Source of the DNA: Phormidesmis sp.
GTDB lineage: Bacteria; Cyanobacteriota; Cyanobacteriia; Leptolyngbyales; Leptolyngbyaceae
NCBI GenBank assembly: GCA_965248535.1
Contig: CBDFJR010000005.1
Span: 1,568,001 to 1,632,000, forward strand
Length of the DNA: 64,000 bases
Direction of reading: 5' to 3'
The notes below the pieces were generated by a model that made no database searches, was not told the origin of the DNA, and saw only the letters and a list, made by a program, of their open reading frames with translations. Below are positions 11,108 through 22,239 of this stretch, piece after piece (the stretch's first letter is position 1; every line of letters begins with the position of its first letter). A program made the position numbers and the translations under genes.

Positions 11108-11842
11108 TCACTGACTTGCTTGAGGAAGGTAAGGGGTGCCGTTTTTCATTTCACCCGTGTAGCGTCTTCCATCGACGAAGACGATCGTGCCCCGGCCATC
11201 GGGTCGCCCGCCTCTAAGCTCTCCTGAATAGCTTCTGAAGGCAGACCCTGCCCGAAACGAGCATGATCCTCTCCCTGACAGGGCGCTGTTAAAGAAGACT
11301 CCTTGGCAGCGCGTTCCATTAGAGAGCGTAACCGTGCCGTTGCCATTGGCTTGCCCTAAATAGAAATCACCCGCGTAAACATTGCCGTTGCTGAAGACAA
11401 ACGTTCCGGTGCCGTGAGGGTGCCCACTCCGCATTTGTCCGCTGTAGCGATCGCCGTTGACAAAGCTAAAGGTGCCTTGACCGCTGGGCTGTCCATTTTT
11501 CATGCCGCCTTCATAGCGATCGTTGGTCGCAAAAAGAAACATCCCTTGCCCGTCAGGGACTCCATTTCGCACTTGCCCTTCATAGCGATTGTCGTTTTGG
11601 TAGACTAACACGCCTTGACCATTGGGGATGCCGTTGCGAATTTGTCCAGTGTAGTATTTATAGGGATTTGGGGCGGGGTTAATTGAAGAGTAGACACAAG
11701 TCCAGTCGCTGCCGGAGGTGCGTTCACAGTTGGGTCGCATTGTTTCGGCTCCATCTGCGTTGGCAGGCAGTGCGTGAAGCAGACTCATCAATCCTAAACT
11801 GGCAGACAGGGCGATACCAAAGGGTTTGTTATGAAGAAGCAT
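11108..11842 (-). CDS. Secreted MORN-repeat protein
   Basis: Signal peptide followed by tandem YxGxxxxGxPxGxG repeats. Confidence 0.9.
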   Translation of the reverse strand: MLLHNKPFGIALSASLGLMSLLHALPANADGAETMRPNCERTSGSDWTCVYSSINPAPNPYKYYTGQIRNGIPNGQGVLVYQNDNRYEGQVRNGVPDGQGMFLFATNDRYEGGMKNGQPSGQGTFSFVNGDRYSGQMRSGHPHGTGTFVFSNGNVYAGDFYLGQANGNGTVTLSNGTRCQGVFFNSALSGRGSCSFRAGSAFRSYSGELRGGRPDGRGTIVFVDGRRYTGEMKNGTPYLPQASQ

Positions 11843-12056
11843 AGGGCAATCGATCCAGTCATAAGGTGAGTAAAAAGGCGGATCGACTCCCAAGAGATGA
11901 TCACACCAGCCGTGATTCAAGAATGCCCGAAGAGATTATTCAGGTAACGGCAACAGGTCACCAAACCTAAACAGTAGATAGCGGGATGATTCAATCATCA
12001 GCCAGACCCGGTTCAGATTCTCTTGATCGCGGCAGCTTGTTGCTGGCTCGACTTTA

Positions 12057-14495
12057 CTAAATTGGATAAGCGATCGTCACCCCCGATCCGCCATCTTCAT
12101 GAGCGGCTAACTCAAATCGCTGGATGCGGGGATGTTGCTGCAAAAACGCATGAACGCCCTGCCGCAGTTTGCCCGTGCCGTGACCGTGAATAATCCAAAT
12201 CGGGCCGCCGACTTCAGAAATCGCCCGATCGAGCAAAATTTCGGCATCGGCAACGCGGCTGCCGCGAATGTCAACGGTGTTACGTGACGTGCGAATCGCA
12301 GGCGCGGGAGGCGGCGGAGTTTTTTCCTCTGATCGGCGATCGTCCGGTTTACGCTCTTCTCGCTTGGCAGGTTTCTCGCCCGTCAACGACTCCACATCCT
12401 GCACGGGGACGGTCATCTTCATCAATCCAAAGCGCACGATCAACTCTTCATCATCTGAGACGCTGATCACTTCGGCCGTTTGGCCCAAGCGAGGAATGCG
12501 GACTTTATCACCCACCTGCGGACGAAATCCGGGTTTAGGTTTGGCAGGTTGACGAGAAGGAAGCTGCTTTTCAGCGATGCGGTTCAAAGCATCCGTGGCT
12601 TGCTGGGCATCTTGGGCGGTGACATTGCCCTTTTGCAGTTGGCGGATGACCTTTGCAATCTCGGATTTTGCTTCTGCGATCGCGTCTTGAACCGCTTTTT
12701 CTTGGGCTTGTTGCAGCGATCGCTCTCGTTCTTGGAGATTAGCGGCTTTATCGGAAACTTGCCGATAGAGTTGTTCAGCACTCTCTAGAATTTTTGCCGC
12801 TTCTTGGGCTTTGGTCTCTTGTCGTCGTCGCTGAGATTCTAAGCCTGCGATCACCTGGTTGACATCCTCAGATGCGCCACCCACCTGGGCTTGAGCGCGT
12901 TGAATCACGTCTTCGTTAAGTCCGAGACGACGAGCGATCGTCAGCGCGTTCGATCGCCCCGGAATGCCCCACAGCAGGCGATAGGTGGGAGAGAGAGAGA
13001 CATCATCAAACTCAACCGAGGCATTCTCAAAGCGATCGTCTTCATATTTCAGGGCTTTGAGTTCGCCAAAGTGAGTGGTCGCGATCGTCAAGGCCGTGTG
13101 TTCAGCGAGATATTTAAGAAGCGCGATCGCCAATGCAGTGCCTTCTGTCGGATCGGTTCCGGCTCCAACTTCATCTAACAAAACGAGAGAATTAGAAACG
13201 ATTGGATCAGAAACATCTTGTGACTTCACCGATTCATCCCCTGTCAGCGCATTCAAGATGCGACTGATGCGGCGAATGTGACCCGAAAACGTTGAGAGAC
13301 TCTGTTCTAGCGATTGCTCATCGCCAATATCGGCCAGAACTTGGTCAAACCACGGCAACTCGACAGGCTCACGAGCCGGAATAAACAGCCCCACTTTTGC
13401 CATCAAAATCGCTAAAGCAAAGGTTTTGAGCGTGACGGTTTTTCCGCCTGTGTTGGGCCCGGTGATCGCCACCACTTTGATTTGAGGCTGAATAAACACA
13501 TCGATCGGCACCACCGATCGTCCCTGCTCGTGCCGCTGTTGCCAAACCAGAAGCGGGTGCCGAAGCTGGCGCAGCGTGACGGTTTCAGGAGCGGCGTTTT
13601 CTGTCGCGACGTAGTTGATAAATCGTGGCGGATTGGCTTCTAACCAAAGGCTATAGCGGGCACGAGCCGTTGCCAAATCCACGGTAGTGCAGATCACGAG
13701 CAGTCTTTCTAAATCGTCTTGAACCGCAGACACCTGCTCAGTCAAGACACGCCGAACGGCTTCTTCTTCGACCTGTTCTTGCCGCTGTAGCTGTCGCAGT
13801 TGATTGTTAAACTGCACCGTTGAGTTTGGCTCAATATAGAGCGTCGCCCCAGTCATGGAGGTGTCGTGAACAATGCCCGGAACCGCATCTTTTTGAGGCG
13901 CTTTGACCGGAACGACATAGCGCCCGTCTCGCTGGGTGATCAGTTGCTCTTGCATCGCGTTTGCCTGACGCTGCATGAGTCGTTGCAAGACATCGTAGAC
14001 GCGATCGCGCAGTTGCTTTTGCTTGGCCCGAATCTCAGCTAATTTCGGACTTGCCCGCTCACTGACTTTGCCATCGTCGTTGATGCAGCGATAGATTTCT
14101 TGCTCAAGCTCAGGATAGGTGCGTAGCTCAGACACGAGATCAGTCAGGACAGGAATTTCTTCCTGATTATCGATCGTGCGTCGCAGCGTTCTCGCACCGG
14201 ATAGGGTGGTGGCGATCGCTAGCAGTTCGGCTCCTGACAAAATGCCTTGCAGGGCAGCCCGTTCGAGCGCTTCACCAATGTCGTCAATGCCGTCAAAACG
14301 CAACCCACTAGGCAGACGACTCTCTAAGCCATAGACTTCTTGAGTTTGCGCCAACAGCATCAAGGTATCTGCTTGCCGAACCGGAATTTTGAGCCGACGG
14401 GCGGCGATCGCCCCTAATTTTGTTGCGGCAAAGGTCGCTAAGTGCTGACAAAGGCGCGACCACTCCAATAGTTCTAAAGTCTCCGCTTGGATCAA
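12057..14495 (-). CDS. mutS2: MutS2 with C-terminal Smr domain
   Basis: GPNTGGKT, SLSTFSGH, LLDEVGAGTDP, IIHGHGTGKL. Confidence 0.96.
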   Translation of the reverse strand: MIQAETLELLEWSRLCQHLATFAATKLGAIAARRLKIPVRQADTLMLLAQTQEVYGLESRLPSGLRFDGIDDIGEALERAALQGILSGAELLAIATTLSGARTLRRTIDNQEEIPVLTDLVSELRTYPELEQEIYRCINDDGKVSERASPKLAEIRAKQKQLRDRVYDVLQRLMQRQANAMQEQLITQRDGRYVVPVKAPQKDAVPGIVHDTSMTGATLYIEPNSTVQFNNQLRQLQRQEQVEEEAVRRVLTEQVSAVQDDLERLLVICTTVDLATARARYSLWLEANPPRFINYVATENAAPETVTLRQLRHPLLVWQQRHEQGRSVVPIDVFIQPQIKVVAITGPNTGGKTVTLKTFALAILMAKVGLFIPAREPVELPWFDQVLADIGDEQSLEQSLSTFSGHIRRISRILNALTGDESVKSQDVSDPIVSNSLVLLDEVGAGTDPTEGTALAIALLKYLAEHTALTIATTHFGELKALKYEDDRFENASVEFDDVSLSPTYRLLWGIPGRSNALTIARRLGLNEDVIQRAQAQVGGASEDVNQVIAGLESQRRRQETKAQEAAKILESAEQLYRQVSDKAANLQERERSLQQAQEKAVQDAIAEAKSEIAKVIRQLQKGNVTAQDAQQATDALNRIAEKQLPSRQPAKPKPGFRPQVGDKVRIPRLGQTAEVISVSDDEELIVRFGLMKMTVPVQDVESLTGEKPAKREERKPDDRRSEEKTPPPPAPAIRTSRNTVDIRGSRVADAEILLDRAISEVGGPIWIIHGHGTGKLRQGVHAFLQQHPRIQRFELAAHEDGGSGVTIAYPI

Positions 14496-14626
14496 AGCTT
14501 AAAATTTTTGCTAAAGGCTACTCATCCCATTCTAGAAGGATGCGGTAGGAAGGATAGAAGAGGAATCTAGCAAGGGATAGATCTGATTTTTTAAGTGGTA
14601 GGTTTTGCTAAAATCTATATTGATAT

Positions 14627-14647
14627 TTTTGGTAGATTAAACTATAA
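14627..14647. promoter_or_regulatory. Candidate NrtR operator upstream of nadA
   Basis: TTTTGGTAGATTAAACTATAA: 21-bp imperfect palindrome with a GT-N7-AC core, 38 bp before nadA. Confidence 0.5.
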
Positions 14648-14685
14648 CTACTAGAATAGAGATTCTTCCTTTTCGGGTTGCTATT

Positions 14686-15645
14686 GTGTTTACTACTCTT
14701 TCTTCTCCTAAAGTCGGGCTGCCTCGTGATTTATTTGGCGCGATCGCTGACCTCAAGCGTGAACTCAACGCCGTCGTTTTAGCGCACTACTACCAAGATC
14801 CTGATATTCAAGACGTTGCCGATTATTTGGGCGACTCATTGGGGCTAGCGCAACAAGCTGCCAAAACTGAGGCAGACGTGATTGTCTTTGCAGGCGTGCA
14901 TTTCATGGCAGAAACGGCGAAGATTCTCAACCCTAACAAGCTGGTTTTGCTGCCCGATTTAGAGGCGGGTTGTTCTCTTGCCGATAGCTGTCCGCCCGAT
15001 GCGTTTGCCCAATTTAAGGCAAAACACCCCGATCATTTGGTAATTTCTTACATAAACTGCACGGCAGACATCAAAGCCATGAGTGACATCATTTGCACTA
15101 GCGCTAATGCGGTGGCGATCGTTAATCAAATTCCTGTCGATCAGCCAATTATTTTTGCGCCCGATCGCAACCTCGGCCGATATGTGATGGAGCAAACTGG
15201 ACGAGACATGGTGCTCTGGCAAGGAAGCTGCATGGTGCACGAAACATTTTCTGAGAAAAAAATGGTGCAACTCAAGATTCAGAACCCTGAAGCCGAAGTT
15301 ATCGCCCACCCAGAATGCGAACCTGCGGTGTTGCGTCACGCTGATTATATTGGCTCGACAACGGCGCTGTTGAACTACTGCCAAAAAAGCGCCAGTTCAG
15401 CGTTTATTGTGGCCACCGAAGCCGGAATTCTTCATCAAATGCAGAAAGCGGCTCCTGGCAAAATGTTCATCCCCGCGCCGCCGATGAATAACTGCGCTTG
15501 CAACGAGTGTCCGCATATGCGCCTCAACACATTAGAAAAATTGTATTTGGCCATGAAGACGCGATCGCCAGAAATCACCTTGCCCGAAGCCACTCGTCTC
15601 GCTGCCCTGCGTCCGATGCAGCGAATGCTAGACATGAGCCTTTGA
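14686..15645 (+). CDS. nadA: Quinolinate synthase
   Basis: [35 protein letters not shown]. Confidence 0.97.
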   Translation: MFTTLSSPKVGLPRDLFGAIADLKRELNAVVLAHYYQDPDIQDVADYLGDSLGLAQQAAKTEADVIVFAGVHFMAETAKILNPNKLVLLPDLEAGCSLADSCPPDAFAQFKAKHPDHLVISYINCTADIKAMSDIICTSANAVAIVNQIPVDQPIIFAPDRNLGRYVMEQTGRDMVLWQGSCMVHETFSEKKMVQLKIQNPEAEVIAHPECEPAVLRHADYIGSTTALLNYCQKSASSAFIVATEAGILHQMQKAAPGKMFIPAPPMNNCACNECPHMRLNTLEKLYLAMKTRSPEITLPEATRLAALRPMQRMLDMSL

Positions 15646-15664
15646 CGGCTGCCTTCAGAGAAGC

Positions 15665-16711
15665 TCAACGAACTCGCACGAATCCGGCTTTGGCGATCGC
15701 TTCTTGCCCCTGCTCTGACAGCAGCAAATTCGCGTAGGCTTCTCCGGCCTGCTGCTCGGTGCCGCCGTTTTGCTTCACCACTACAAATAAGTTGCGGGTG
15801 ATCGGGTAGGTGCCATTTTGAAACGCCTGAATGTTTAACTGATTGCGTTGACTGGGACAATTTGTTACCAAAGGTTCTCGATAAGGCGGCACAAACTGAC
15901 CCGACAATTGCCCGATCGCTAACGGCTTAACGGTGCATTGAGGCACAACTTCAGGCGCAGACGCAAAATAAATGCCTCCCGGCGTGGCGGCGAGTTTTTG
16001 CAACGCTTGAGTTGTTGTCGAAACAACCTGCACGGTTTCTCCTGGCTGCTGCCCTGCAAGAACAGTTTCACCAAATATATTCTGAGCGCTGGACGATCGA
16101 AACAGCGGCACGATCGCCAGATTGGGGCCGCCGACTTCTTGCCAATTTTTGACTTGACCACTGTAGATGGCTTTTAATTGCTCGATCGTCAACCCTGGAA
16201 CATTCAGACCGGGATTCACTGCCACCGCCAAACCATCGATCGCGACTGGAATCTGCTTGAGGCTAAATCCTCGCTGCTGCGCCTGTTGATATTCTTGAGC
16301 CGAAACTGGACGCGACGATTGAGCAAAGGCAATTTGCCCATCTAACAGCATCTTGATGCCAGCACCTGAACTAGGTGGACTGCCGATCGGATCGACATAG
16401 CGCAATCGAAACTCTGGATGGGCCGCTTGCAGAACCGAGTCAACCGACAGCCGAACAGTTGCCCAAGAGGTGCTGCCTCCATAGCCAAACAACCCAGAAG
16501 GGAGCGGTTTAGCAGAGTTAGTAACCCCCGATGGATTGGGCTGACTCGACGAATTGGCTGAAGGACTAACGCTGTTTTGCGGATTAGGCGAGTCTGTCTT
16601 GCTTACATCCAAACCAGAGCGCTGCGTAAACCACCAAAAACCGCCGCCCAACAGCCCAGCCGTCACCAAGAAAGAAATAATTAAGGCAGGCGTTTCGTTT
16701 TTTTGAGACAT
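15665..16711 (-). CDS. PstS-like (PBP2) substrate-binding protein with N-terminal membrane anchor
   Basis: GGSTSW, AQSSRP, VAIDGLAVAVN, YPITRNLFVV. Confidence 0.88.
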   Translation of the reverse strand: MSQKNETPALIISFLVTAGLLGGGFWWFTQRSGLDVSKTDSPNPQNSVSPSANSSSQPNPSGVTNSAKPLPSGLFGYGGSTSWATVRLSVDSVLQAAHPEFRLRYVDPIGSPPSSGAGIKMLLDGQIAFAQSSRPVSAQEYQQAQQRGFSLKQIPVAIDGLAVAVNPGLNVPGLTIEQLKAIYSGQVKNWQEVGGPNLAIVPLFRSSSAQNIFGETVLAGQQPGETVQVVSTTTQALQKLAATPGGIYFASAPEVVPQCTVKPLAIGQLSGQFVPPYREPLVTNCPSQRNQLNIQAFQNGTYPITRNLFVVVKQNGGTEQQAGEAYANLLLSEQGQEAIAKAGFVRVR

Positions 16712-16721
16712 AAAATAATTT

Positions 16722-18134
16722 TTATCGTTGAACCGGAACAAAATCAAAGCCAGAACCGAACCGATCGCCCTGCGCCACCTTTACAAGCTGAATGCCCACA
16801 TTGCGATCGCCCGATGGCAAAAATCGCACCGTCTCAGCCGCCCCCGTCGCCGAAAAATCTGGAGCCAGCAGCGCTTGCTGAACGCCCGATCGGGTCGGGT
16901 CACGCTGAAGGGCTACCGCTAATGCTTGCACTGCATCGTAGGAAATTGCGGTGCGCCAGTTGACATCGCCGCCCCACAGCGATCGCGACTTCTTTGCAAA
17001 GGCAGAACCCGGATTGCCATTAATATGCCACGGCACTGATACCACCATGCCGACGGCTTGCTGTCCGCCAACCTCTAAGGTTTTGGGCGCATAGACATCA
17101 TCACCGGCCAGGAGCGTCATCCGCCGCTGATTGACCTGCACCACCTGAAGCGCCTTGTCGAGGGTGCTTGTGTTGGGGGCAAGCATCAGCGCTTTTACTC
17201 CCTGCTTGAGGGACTGATCGACCGCGATCGCCGCGCTAAAATCAGGAGCCGATAGATCATATTCACCCAACACCTGCCCCCCCGCTAAAGCGATCGCTCG
17301 ACTAAATTCTGATTTGAGCGACTGACTGTAGGCACTTTGAGAATTGAAAAACACGGCGACATTTTTCTGCTGCAATGTTTTGACGGTGTAGTCTGCCAAA
17401 GCTCCCGCCGCAATATAATCACTCGGCACCGTGCGAAAAATATATTTCCCAAAGCCAGACAGCTTAACCGTCGTGCTGATCGGCGAGATGCACACCAGCC
17501 CACCAGCGTTGTAGACACTGCCAGCGGCCAGGGTCACATCACTGGCGTAGTGCCCCACAACTCCCAGCACCTCAGGTTTTTGCACTAAAACACTGGCCAA
17601 TTGTTGAGCGATTTCGGGATTGTTGTCATCGCTAACGATCGCCACTTTTAACGGCACCCCTTTGATGCCGCCCGCCTGATTGACCTCGCTCTGAGCCTGG
17701 GCCACACCTCGCAAAATCTCTAAGCTGCCGTTGGGGTCAGCGCTCACCGGAACGGCAACGGCGATCGTGTAAGACGGGTTATTGCCGATCCGAGCATTAT
17801 TGAGATAGATCAGCGTTTCGGGCGAGTTGCGAGATTTTTGAAGCGCCGACTCAAACGACGGCACAGCCCGATCGTATTGTTGAGCCACGATCGCCGCCAC
17901 TCCGGCTTGTTTTGCCTGAGCAAACGCGGGGTTATCGGTTCTGCTTTCTGAAGGCACTAAAATTCGGTCGCCTTGACTGATGCGATCGCGGGTCGATAAA
18001 TTTTGGCTAGGCGCGGCTAACGGGTCAAATTTGACGGGCGATCGCGGCATCAGCAGCCAAAACCCTGTCCCCAACAGTGCGCCCGTGATCAAAAGTGACA
18101 GAATCAGAACCGGAGTTTCGTTTTTCTGAGACAT
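16722..18134 (-). CDS. LivK-like (PBP1) substrate-binding protein with membrane anchor and TPR-like helix
   Basis: PETLIYLNNA, EILRGVAQAQ, VVGHYAS, WRTAISYDA. Confidence 0.88.
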   Translation of the reverse strand: MSQKNETPVLILSLLITGALLGTGFWLLMPRSPVKFDPLAAPSQNLSTRDRISQGDRILVPSESRTDNPAFAQAKQAGVAAIVAQQYDRAVPSFESALQKSRNSPETLIYLNNARIGNNPSYTIAVAVPVSADPNGSLEILRGVAQAQSEVNQAGGIKGVPLKVAIVSDDNNPEIAQQLASVLVQKPEVLGVVGHYASDVTLAAGSVYNAGGLVCISPISTTVKLSGFGKYIFRTVPSDYIAAGALADYTVKTLQQKNVAVFFNSQSAYSQSLKSEFSRAIALAGGQVLGEYDLSAPDFSAAIAVDQSLKQGVKALMLAPNTSTLDKALQVVQVNQRRMTLLAGDDVYAPKTLEVGGQQAVGMVVSVPWHINGNPGSAFAKKSRSLWGGDVNWRTAISYDAVQALAVALQRDPTRSGVQQALLAPDFSATGAAETVRFLPSGDRNVGIQLVKVAQGDRFGSGFDFVPVQR

Positions 18135-18155
18135 AGAGCAGCCAAGTAAGAAGAC

Positions 18156-19541
18156 TTATTGAGAGATGGGCACAAAATCATAGCCGATTCCAGTTTGAGA
18201 ACTGGGCTGAACCCGGACGAGAATCGCCGACCCATTGCGATCGCCCGATGGCAAAAATTGAATTCTTCCGGTTGCCCCTTGAGCGACAAACTCTGGGTTA
18301 GAAAACGCTTTTTGCAGCCCGTCTCGGCTCTCGTTTTGCTTCAATCCGGTCAAAATTACCTGCACTGCATCATAGGCCATCGCGGTTCGCCAGTTGACTC
18401 GCCCACCCCAATATTTATAGGCATTGGTTGAGAACGAATGGTCAGCGATCGCGCTGGGGTGCCAGACGACAGGCAGCAATAACCCATTAACATCGGCTTG
18501 CCCTAACTTGAGTGTGTTGATGGTGTAAAGCGTTTGGTTGCCCATCAGTTGCAGTTTGCCTTGATTGGTGCGAGCCACCTCGATCGCCGAGTTAGCTCGG
18601 TCTACCTGAGGCGATAACAACAACCCTTCTGCTCCACTGCTCACCGCTTTAGAAATCACCGTCCCAGGGTTAAAGTCGGCAGCAGAAAAGTCGCACCCAA
18701 TGTTGACAAACCGACCGCCTTCTGACGAGAGCGCCGAGATAAAGTTGTTGGTAAACGATTGACTGTCAGGAGATTTTGCATCTAAGCAAATCGCAATATT
18801 TTTCTGATTCAGGCGCTTAACCACATAGCGAGACAGCACATCGGCGGTGTAGCGGGTGCTCGGCACAACTCGATAGATATAGCTCCCCGCATTAGAGAGC
18901 GTGTCGGCGGAACTGGTGGGCGTGATCATCGGCAACTGCCCTTTTTGATAGATCGGAGCCGCCGCGATCGAGGCATCACTCGCGTTGTGTCCAACCACGG
19001 CTAAAACGCGGCTGTCTCTAGCAAATTCGGCCGCCACTTGTTTGGCAATCTCTGGATCGTTGTCGTCATTGGCGATCGCCACTTCTAAGGGCTTTTCGTC
19101 CTTGCGCCGATTTGCCTCATCTTGGGCTTGCGCTACGCCCCGCAAAATTTCTTGGGCCACATTGAGATTGCTGCCGATCGGGACGCTGACGGCAATCTTG
19201 ACCGCCGATCGCTGATCTCGCATCAATTGAGCATTGTTTAAATAAATCAGCGCTTCTGGATCGTTGCGGTTTCCCTGAATGGCTGCTGTAAATTGCTCGA
19301 TCGCCCGATTAAAGTCTTTAGCCGCAAAGGCCGAGACTCCGGCTTGTTTGGCTTGACTGCTGTTAGCAATAATTAGCCCTCGGCTGCCTGAGCTAATGCG
19401 CTCTCCGATCGTCGTTGGGGTTAGCAGAGATCCGCTAGTCGGTGCAAATTGCCCAATCACCCAATGCAGACCCACAAACAAAAGTGCTCCTGTGATCAAG
19501 AGCGCTAAAAACAGCGCCAGCATCTCGTTCCGTTTAGCCAT
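18156..19541 (-). CDS. LivK-like (PBP1) substrate-binding protein, paralog of its neighbour
   Basis: PEALIYLNNA, EILRGVAQAQ, VVGHNAS, WRTAMAYDA. Confidence 0.88.
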   Translation of the reverse strand: MAKRNEMLALFLALLITGALLFVGLHWVIGQFAPTSGSLLTPTTIGERISSGSRGLIIANSSQAKQAGVSAFAAKDFNRAIEQFTAAIQGNRNDPEALIYLNNAQLMRDQRSAVKIAVSVPIGSNLNVAQEILRGVAQAQDEANRRKDEKPLEVAIANDDNDPEIAKQVAAEFARDSRVLAVVGHNASDASIAAAPIYQKGQLPMITPTSSADTLSNAGSYIYRVVPSTRYTADVLSRYVVKRLNQKNIAICLDAKSPDSQSFTNNFISALSSEGGRFVNIGCDFSAADFNPGTVISKAVSSGAEGLLLSPQVDRANSAIEVARTNQGKLQLMGNQTLYTINTLKLGQADVNGLLLPVVWHPSAIADHSFSTNAYKYWGGRVNWRTAMAYDAVQVILTGLKQNESRDGLQKAFSNPEFVAQGATGRIQFLPSGDRNGSAILVRVQPSSQTGIGYDFVPISQ

Positions 19542-19677
19542 AGCCGATGCCACCCTTTAACGTGAGTCATGACTTGAGTTATCTCGTCACGATCGCAACC
19601 TTGTCAAATGCCTATAGACTAAGACTTCACGGGCTTGTGCACAAATTCCTCAAGAGTGTTTGCAGAATTTACGGACT

Positions 19678-21138
19678 TTAAAAAAAGTGGGTGAGAATTT
19701 TGTAAATCAGCCGAAATAGGGCAGTAATAGCGATCGCGCTCAGTGCTCCAAAACCCGCCAACACTGCCACCGCTAAAAACCCATTCCCCAACGCTAGCCA
19801 GGCAATCCCAGCGTGAAGAACGGGCAGAAATCCAATCACCAAAAACGTAATCCCCGCCAAAATCACCAGATCAACTTTCTCAATAATTCGGCGCGACTGA
19901 GCCACGACTAAACCCACGGCGATCGCCAGCCAAAGCACTGCGTTGATCGGAGACGGAATCGGCAGACTGAAGAGTGCGATCGCCAGCAATGCCCCCTCAC
20001 AGCCCGTAAATGCCGCACCCCCCAATAGCTCCAAAATAGAAAAAGACTGCACCGACGATCGCGGCCGAAGGGGTGAACTCGACACCGGAGCGGGCAGAGG
20101 CGGTGGAGAACTCGATACCGCAACCGGGACAGGCAGAGACGTAGGGCTGCTAATCGGCAGAAGAGGAGACGGCGGCTGAGACAATGATGGACGAACGGCT
20201 AGAGCCTCTAACACCTCTGTAGCCGACTGAAATCGTTGCTCAGGCACGGGCAGCAGCATCTTATCGAGCACATCGGCCAGGGTCTGGCTCGTCTGCTCAT
20301 AGCTCCGCCATTTCCAAGAGTTGTTATAAGCATTAAATAGCTCTGGGGGCTGCTTTCCAGTCAGTAGCACAATGCAAGTCACCGCCAACGCATAGAGGTC
20401 AGTAGACGGATAGACTTCATCGCCCGAAACCTGCTCTGGAGGGGCAAACCCTAATGAATAGATGCTTGTGGAGACCTTCGAGCCGCCTGCGGCTTTGGTG
20501 GCATATTTCACGGCCCCAAAATCGAGCAGATAAAGCCGCCCACTCAAGTTTCGCATCACGTTAGAGGGCTTGATATCTCGATGGATTGAGCCATTTTCGT
20601 GAACGAATCGTAAGACTTTTAGGGCTTCCTTGAGCACATCTAACACCTCAATCTCAGAAAATTTGCCCTGCTGAATCAGCTTTTCCTCTAACGTCTCTCC
20701 GTCAATAAATTCTTGCACGAGATAAAAGAATTTCTCGTCGGTTGCCTGGTGAGGGCTAGGAATCGACAGTTCAAAAAAGGCAAACAAATCGGGAATCTGA
20801 GAATGCTCTCTGCCCAACTGTTCTAGCGCTTCGGCCTCTCGCTCAAACAGGTCTTGAGCCATCTTTAGCTGGTCGGGCGTGAGCCGACCCGACGGCTGAA
20901 ACTGCTTGACCACACACTGCCTTAACCCCGGCGTGTAGCGATCGCGGGCCAAAAATGCGGCTCCAAAGCCTCCCTGACCGAGCAGCTTGGTTGGCAAATA
21001 GCGGTCAGCCAGAATCAGCGACATGCCGCAGTTGGTGCAAAATTTTTGCCTGACGGTTTTCAGCGTAGTGAGGTTGTCTAGATCGTCAAAAAAGTTAGTC
21101 GGTTTTGAGCAACCCGGACGGGTGCAATAAAGCTGCAT
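19678..21138 (-). CDS. Ser/Thr protein kinase with 4-Cys prefix and C-terminal multi-TM domain
   Basis: YCTRPGC...FCTNCG; GQGGFG, HRDIKPSN, DFG; Pro/Ser linker; about four hydrophobic helices. Confidence 0.93.
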   Translation of the reverse strand: MQLYCTRPGCSKPTNFFDDLDNLTTLKTVRQKFCTNCGMSLILADRYLPTKLLGQGGFGAAFLARDRYTPGLRQCVVKQFQPSGRLTPDQLKMAQDLFEREAEALEQLGREHSQIPDLFAFFELSIPSPHQATDEKFFYLVQEFIDGETLEEKLIQQGKFSEIEVLDVLKEALKVLRFVHENGSIHRDIKPSNVMRNLSGRLYLLDFGAVKYATKAAGGSKVSTSIYSLGFAPPEQVSGDEVYPSTDLYALAVTCIVLLTGKQPPELFNAYNNSWKWRSYEQTSQTLADVLDKMLLPVPEQRFQSATEVLEALAVRPSLSQPPSPLLPISSPTSLPVPVAVSSSPPPLPAPVSSSPLRPRSSVQSFSILELLGGAAFTGCEGALLAIALFSLPIPSPINAVLWLAIAVGLVVAQSRRIIEKVDLVILAGITFLVIGFLPVLHAGIAWLALGNGFLAVAVLAGFGALSAIAITALFRLIYKILTHFF

Positions 21139-21210
21139 ACAGACGATCGAGGGGCATTTAAGATCTAAATTAGCTTACGATCGCCCGCCTCAGGCGATTT
21201 TTTGAGATCT

Positions 21211-22239
21211 CTAATCAACATCAGGGGTGACTCGACTGTGGTTTGAGGCGTGCAGCATGGCTCTCAGGTTTTGTGGCTCGACATGATTGGGGGCCTGTTT
21301 GCGCTCAAAGCTCACGGGCTGGTTAGTAAATCGGGGCAAAATTTCTCGACAAAATGCCTCGGCTGCCTTCGATCGATAGCGATTGGGGTTGATAATCACC
21401 GACAGCATCCGTTTCACCACAACATCGTTAATCTTGGCTCGATGCAGCATTCCCATTTGCAACTCTTTCTCGATCGCCGAAACCGACACAAACGACGCGC
21501 CCAACCCAGCTTGCACGGCATTTTTGATCGCCTCGATCGAGTTCAGTTCCATCTCAATCTTGAGGCGGCGGGTTTCGATGCCGCAGCGCGCTAACACCTG
21601 GTCAATCACTTTGCGAATCGTCGATTGAGAGTCAAGCGCGATAAATTGCAGGCGATATAAATCATCTTTTTGAATCACCTCAGTCCGCGCTAACGGGTGC
21701 AGCGTCGGCAGAATCAGTGCGAGTTCGTCTTCGGCATAGGGAATAATCTCTAAGGAATCCTGCAATTCAGGAGAAATCTCGCCGCCGATGATGGCCAGGT
21801 CAATCTGACCATTGGCCACACTCCAAGAGGTGCGCCGCGTCGAATGCACATGCAACTGCACCGCCACATCGGGATATTGTTGCCGAAACATCCCAATCAT
21901 GCGGGGGAGCAAATAGGTTCCCGTCGTCTGACTTGCGCCAATGATCAGAGAGCCACCTTGGAGGTTTTGCAAATCTTCTAGGGCGCGACACGTCTCTTGA
22001 CAGAGGGTGAGAATCTTCTCGCCATAGTTGAGAAGCAGATGCCCAGCCTCAGTCAGTTGTGCGCGTCGCCCGCCGCGATCGAACAGCGGTACATCTAACT
22101 GCCGCTCTAGATTTTGCACCTGCAAGCTCACGGCGGGCTGCGAAACGTAGAGGCTATCAGCCGCACGCTTAAAGCTTCCTTCGCTAGAAATCGCCTTAAG
22201 AATGCGTAACTGATCCAAAGTAAACGGAAGGTCAGACAT
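21211..22239 (-). CDS. ycf30: LysR regulator of the Ycf30/RbcR type
   Basis: [17 protein letters not shown]...[19 protein letters not shown]. Confidence 0.9.
   Translation of the reverse strand: MSDLPFTLDQLRILKAISSEGSFKRAADSLYVSQPAVSLQVQNLERQLDVPLFDRGGRRAQLTEAGHLLLNYGEKILTLCQETCRALEDLQNLQGGSLIIGASQTTGTYLLPRMIGMFRQQYPDVAVQLHVHSTRRTSWSVANGQIDLAIIGGEISPELQDSLEIIPYAEDELALILPTLHPLARTEVIQKDDLYRLQFIALDSQSTIRKVIDQVLARCGIETRRLKIEMELNSIEAIKNAVQAGLGASFVSVSAIEKELQMGMLHRAKINDVVVKRMLSVIINPNRYRSKAAEAFCREILPRFTNQPVSFERKQAPNHVEPQNLRAMLHASNHSRVTPDVD

Noticed and set aside
11150..11660. Roughly 69-nt periodicity
   Set aside because: Explained by 23-aa MORN protein repeats.
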